Assembly (NCBI GenBank): GCA_043738715.1
Contig: JAYUFM010000097.1
Coordinates: 1-31,477, forward strand
DNA length: 31,477 bases
Source of the DNA: a bacterium
GTDB taxonomy: Bacteria; Patescibacteriota; Minisyncoccia; Phycocordibacterales; CAIZLB01
Reading direction: 5' to 3'
The notes under the pieces are model-generated. The model made no database searches, was not told the origin of the DNA, and worked only from the letters and a program-made list of their open reading frames with translations. The translations under genes and the position numbers were made by a program. Positions 27,413 to 31,477 of the stretch are shown here, piece by piece (within the stretch, counting starts at the first letter, position 1; each line of letters starts with the position of its first letter).

Positions 27413-27775
27413 ATGTTAAAAACCGACCGAATTCAAGATATGATCCGTGAAATGGCAAGTAATTTTCTTGCTCGTGAAATTAACCGAACAAGCCTTGTGA
27501 CTGTTACCCGTGTAGTGTTATCAGACACAGGGAACCGTGCCACAATCATGCTATCTGTTCTTCCGGAAAAGGCAGAAAAGGCGGCACTTAGTTTCTGTAA
27601 GCGTAAACGTTCAGAATTCAGAGAATTTGTTAAAGGTAATTCCCGCTTTCGTGTTATTCCAACATTTGATTTCGAAATTGATCTAGGTGAAAAAAATCGA
27701 AACCTTATTGAGAAAGCCATGATCGAAACAGAAACTCGTGTTCAAAATCTAGACGATAATACAAAGTCTGAATAG
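27413..27775 (+). CDS. rbfA: Ribosome-binding factor A
   Basis: Directly after infB; VTVTRVVLS.D...ATI and IPTFDFEID.G motifs. Confidence 0.9.
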   Translation: MLKTDRIQDMIREMASNFLAREINRTSLVTVTRVVLSDTGNRATIMLSVLPEKAEKAALSFCKRKRSEFREFVKGNSRFRVIPTFDFEIDLGEKNRNLIEKAMIETETRVQNLDDNTKSE

Positions 27776-27780
27776 TAAAG

Positions 27781-27808
27781 TTGACTACCATCTTTTTGCA
27801 CGTAGAAT
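27781..27808 (+). promoter_or_regulatory. Promoter of the tRNA-Cys/tRNA-Leu pair
   Basis: TTGACT-16-TAGAAT. Confidence 0.55.
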
Positions 27809-27832
27809 AATAGCGAGACGGGTTACACGAAT

Positions 27833-27906
27833 GGCGTAGTGGCGAAGCTGGTTAACGCGACAGTCTGCAAAACTGTTATGCGCCGGTTCAAATCCGGCCT
27901 ACGCCT
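27833..27906 (+). tRNA. tRNA-Cys (GCA)
   Basis: Acceptor stem GGCGTAG/CTACGCC, anticodon arm ACAGT-CTGCAAA-ACTGT, U discriminator. Confidence 0.96.
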
Positions 27907-27920
27907 CAACAATAGAATAT

Positions 27921-28005
27921 GCTCGGGTGGTGAAATGGTAGACACGGAGGACTTAAAATCCTCTGACCTTTAAAAGTCGTGTGGGTTCGAGTCCCACCCC
28001 GAGCA
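27921..28005 (+). tRNA. tRNA-Leu (TAA)
   Basis: Acceptor stem GCTCGGG/CCCGAGC, anticodon arm GAGGA-CTTAAAA-TCCTC, long variable arm. Confidence 0.96.
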
Positions 28006-28085
28006 CAACGCAGTGAGATAGACTGATATGGCTCAACAAGGTCATTTTATGGAAAAATAAATGACCGAAGTAGGGCGACCGAGAT

Positions 28086-28119
28086 GGTTCGAGTATCATT
28101 TCGGGCACAACGCAGTGAG
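28086..28119 (+). repeat. Degenerate direct repeat of the tRNA-Leu 3' end and trailer (att-like scar)
   Basis: 28 of 34 nt identical to 27984-28017 by manual alignment. Confidence 0.75.
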
Positions 28120-28160
28120 GCCTACTGGGAGGGCAGAATAGAAACCTATTTCGATATGTT

Positions 28161-28200
28161 ATATAAAAAAACATCCTCTGGTAAGGATGTTTTTTTATAT
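28161..28200. terminator. Bidirectional intrinsic terminator
   Basis: Perfect 17-bp inverted repeat ATATAAAAAAACATCCT/AGGATGTTTTTTTATAT. Confidence 0.85.
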
Positions 28201-28302
28201 ATACTGCACTCTCAGATTCAGGAGTGAGCAACAAAGTAAGCGTTGAAATTATCGCCTCCTCATTTGCTCAGGGTTAATTAACTATCTGAATATTTTTGTG
28301 AT

Positions 28303-29532
28303 TTACTTCCCTAGATAAGCAGTAGCCTCTTTTTGAACAATTTGGACTTGTGATTCATTATTTACAGGTGTAGCAACAGCTGGATTTGATGCAACAACTG
28401 TATTAACTAATTCATCTTGTCTTATAACCCCTGTAATATTATTAGGTGAAATAACCAAGAAGTTTTTAGCGCTTAATGGAACTATTGAGTCTCCACCAAA
28501 CCTTACAGCTCCAGAAAATATATGAAGCCCACCCATAGTATTTTGGGATATGTCTGCAGGAGTGATTGTTCCAGCTAATCTATGTATATCTTCCGTTATA
28601 TTTTCATACATCCATAAATGAAGGTTCGTATCGAAGTAATACTTTTGATCTACCCCAACAGGACTCGCCGACTTTGTCCGACCAAGTTCGGTTATAGAAG
28701 AAATAGGTGAATAGAATTCTTTAATTGTAATACCATTATTTTTATCATTCGGATCAGTCACACTGAATATTTTAACAACTGATCCGTCTTGAAACCAACC
28801 ATCTTCTGTAGGGTTTGTAACAGCCAGCTCCGAAACTTTCCATTGACTTGGATACCAGAATGAAAACCCAAAGTTTGAATCAGTGTATTTCGACATACCT
28901 TGGACACTAATACTGCTTGTTACAGTCTGATTTTTTAAAGGAACATAAATTACTGAATCAATAATATGCTTGCCAATAGAATATTCATTAGTGGTTAACT
29001 TTGTCTGCTGACTGATATTTGTGTTCCATGGAGATTGTCCATTCATTACACCCTTCTGCTGAAAATCTGCTACAGCCTGCACTTCTTTTGTTGTAGGGTT
29101 GATACTAATTTGGATGAAGTAGTGAACTTGCTTACCCTCATATCCAGGTAGATTGGTTTTGTCTGGGCTTAGAATATGAAAAAGTGGGTAGGTCATACCA
29201 TCTCTGGCATAAGTGTCATCTTTCACTTGCCAATTAGCAGGACGAACAAATGATGTTTCTCCTGCGACGTATGTTCTCCAATCAATCGATGAAGTATCTT
29301 GATTTGTGTTTTGATTGTTCGCCGTATCGGGTTGTGTGTTTGTAGTTTTTGTATTTTCCGTAGTATTTGTATCTGTTGCGGTGACTGAATTACCATCTGA
29401 GATAGTTCGTATGTCGGTACTGGCAACCTGTTGACTATTTTTTTGTGAATAAACATAGACACCCCCTCCGATAACTAGCACCGCTATTATTGCTAATAAG
29501 AGCGGAATAATAAAGCCTTTTTTGTTTTTCAT
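28303..29532 (-). CDS. Surface/secreted hypothetical protein with a prepilin-like N-terminus
   Basis: MKNKKGFIIPLLLAIIAVLVIGGG (KGF then a hydrophobic helix), T/N-rich linker, repeated W/Y-x-Y...FxYPxxW-type motifs; start reassigned to 29532. Confidence 0.75.
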   Translation of the reverse strand: MKNKKGFIIPLLLAIIAVLVIGGGVYVYSQKNSQQVASTDIRTISDGNSVTATDTNTTENTKTTNTQPDTANNQNTNQDTSSIDWRTYVAGETSFVRPANWQVKDDTYARDGMTYPLFHILSPDKTNLPGYEGKQVHYFIQISINPTTKEVQAVADFQQKGVMNGQSPWNTNISQQTKLTTNEYSIGKHIIDSVIYVPLKNQTVTSSISVQGMSKYTDSNFGFSFWYPSQWKVSELAVTNPTEDGWFQDGSVVKIFSVTDPNDKNNGITIKEFYSPISSITELGRTKSASPVGVDQKYYFDTNLHLWMYENITEDIHRLAGTITPADISQNTMGGLHIFSGAVRFGGDSIVPLSAKNFLVISPNNITGVIRQDELVNTVVASNPAVATPVNNESQVQIVQKEATAYLGK

Positions 29533-29572
29533 ATATTTAAAGTATAACAAACTATTTATACACTTACCATTT

Positions 29573-30892
29573 TCACCCCACAATACCCATCTTCTTCCCC
29601 GTCAGCGTGACCCTGCTTTTAAGGCAAGTCAACATCTCCCTCTTCTCCACCATCGTTCCCCCTCTCAATACATATTTCGCATAATTGCGAATATCAATGT
29701 CACTCGTCTTTATTGTGTTAGGCTTCTCACCTAAGAGCCCCGACTGAAACTTTCTGTGTCGATCAATCTCATCCTTAATCTTCTGCTTCATTCCAATCTC
29801 GTCAAGATCAATTGTGTCGATGAGCAGGGTCAATTGTTCAACCAAGTCTTCTTCTCGTATGTATCCTGATTTGCAAGTATGGTCTTTGTGTCTAGAACAT
29901 CCATAGTAGACGTAACGGTGAACATTGCCATTCTTCTGACTTTTGAACTTCTCGTCAGCGGTTATCCCTGATCCACATAATCCACATGTCATGAGCTTGG
30001 TGAAGGCAAACTCCTTGCCATAGTTTTTCATTGAATGCTCGGATATGTTCTTCTGCACCTCGTCGAAGAGTTCCTTGGTGATTATCGGTATATGCCTGCC
30101 TGTATACCATTGCCCACCACCTTTGGGGTATTCAAAGGTGCCATAGTAGAAATGGCAACGTAGAGTGAGATATATATTACTGAGATTCAGTGGTTTACCG
30201 TTTTTGGTAGTGAATTTGATTTCGTCCTTTAGCCATTTATGTACCCGTCTACCTGAATATTTCTCATATGCCACTTTCTCAAACATTTTCTTGATAATTG
30301 GTGCTCTATGGGTATCTACATGTACCTGACATCTTTCATCCTTGTTCTTGCTGTTTAAGTATCCAACAGGAGCGGGTGCAGGCCAGAGGCCCATCTCGCA
30401 TCTAGCACGAAGGCCTCGTTTGACATTGATGACCTTGTTGTCGTTTTCGAGTTTGGCTTGACTGCCTAATATCATGAGGAGAAACTTCTCATTGGGGTTG
30501 TTACTGAATTTCTGTCCTCCGTAGGTGCGGATTTCCTTGAGTAATCCTTGGTCCATGAGGTCGACAATTCTACCTAAATCCCCTGCGTTTCTAGAGATAC
30601 GGTCAGGTGCCCATGTCAGTATGCCATCGAACTTCTTCTGTTTGATTTCCTCCACGATCTCATTGAAGACAGGGCGCTGGCCTGCTTCCTTGGCAGAGTG
30701 GGATTCTTTCTTCATGACTACGATATGAAGGTCTTGTTCCTTAGCCATCTTCTCCATTTCCCTCACTTGGCTATCAATCGACAAGATCTGCTTGTCTTCT
30801 TCCTCAGTCGACTTTCTGGCGTAGAGGCAGTAGCGGACTTTGGCGGTTGGTGTTTCCCTCAATCCCACAGGTTTTTGTATTGTGTATTCCAT
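29573..30892 (-). mobile_element. Large serine recombinase (resolvase + recombinase + zinc-ribbon domains)
   Basis: YCLYARKST catalytic Ser, DRISRN, APVGY, CGLCGS...YYGC...C zinc ribbon, coiled coil. Confidence 0.9.
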
Positions 30893-31009
30893 ACCTACAT
30901 TGATGACGCAAGGGGTGCGATGAGTCTAGACCCCTTAGTTGGCAAAGTGTTGGTAACTAAAAGGTGTTAAAAACCACAAACGAGAAACTTTTTCAATATG
31001 CCTAGGCAC

Positions 31010-31259
31010 TGTCTCATTTGTCTCATTCGTATATTTTAAGCCATGGTTTGAGAGCATTGTGAGACACATGTCTCATTAAAAAATCCCAAAATATTGGCAT
31101 TTGTTGGCATTTCAGATTTTACAAATGGGACACCACTTTTTGGACTGTCCCATTTGTTAATTTCCACATAACTCTTACACGGCTTGGTATATTGTCATTG
31201 TTCATCAAAAATACATCGTTTCAAAATATACCTATCTGTGTCCCATTCGTCCCATTTGT
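31010..31259. repeat. Array of direct and inverted (T)GTCYCATT(T/C)G-like motifs upstream of the recombinase
   Basis: Tandem pairs at 31010-31029, 31094-31112 and 31239-31259; palindrome at 31060-31075; 12-bp inverted repeat at 31121-31132/31146-31157. Confidence 0.7.
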
Positions 31260-31477
31260 GTTCTGATTGTTCGATTTACAGAAATCAGAACCCGACTGAG
31301 ACCCTTCGCTATGGTAAACTAAAATTATTCTAGAAAGCCTTGTGGGGTCTTGCAACAAAAAGTTTGAGACTGAGGTGGGGCAGGGTTTGATCACCTCGAA
31401 CCATTCGAGTGCTTCTCCAATTCCAGTAAGTCGTATCGCGACATGCTCGCGAGGATGAACAAGTGGATGGGGCAAAA

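Noticed and set aside
27953-28234. 93-aa minus-strand ORF
   Set aside because: It is antisense to tRNA-Leu and a terminator.
31221-31475. 84-aa minus-strand ORF at the right edge
   Set aside because: It is truncated by the window, its end runs through the repeat array (NTNGTNGTQ) and it has no recognisable domain, so it is unresolved.
1-31477. CRISPR array, rRNA, or TGA recoding (genetic code 25)
   Set aside because: There are no regularly spaced repeats with unique spacers and no rRNA. Conserved genes are intact under code 11, and TGA acts as a stop (e.g. at 4172-4174 and 29573-29575).

Overview
An AT-rich bacterial chromosome segment. The short IF-2, mostly SD-less AT-rich gene starts, pilin-like and secreted hypothetical proteins and the style of the serine recombinase suggest Patescibacteria (CPR, Parcubacteria-like); this assignment is inference. 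The backbone holds miaA, rpmG, a DsbA-like protein, murJ, rnpB, a class II (B12-dependent) ribonucleotide reductase with a frameshift in its ATP cone, msrB, an aquaporin, clpB, mscL, a cysteine desulfurase, infB, rbfA and four tRNAs (Leu-CAA, Trp-CCA, Cys-GCA, Leu-TAA). Several self-contained, GC-richer orphan genes and an aspartate kinase are interspersed. The right end has a degenerate duplicate of the tRNA-Leu 3' end, a large serine recombinase and a repeat array, consistent with the edge of an integrative element. The most unusual signal is a family of ~130-nt noncoding elements (three full copies plus a fragment; 9034-9321 and 12339-12535). Their sequences diverge, but the branched fold is conserved, with compensatory changes, a fixed single-base bulge and GAA/GTAA loops, and they sit at gene 3' ends. 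All structures were read by eye and no searches were run.
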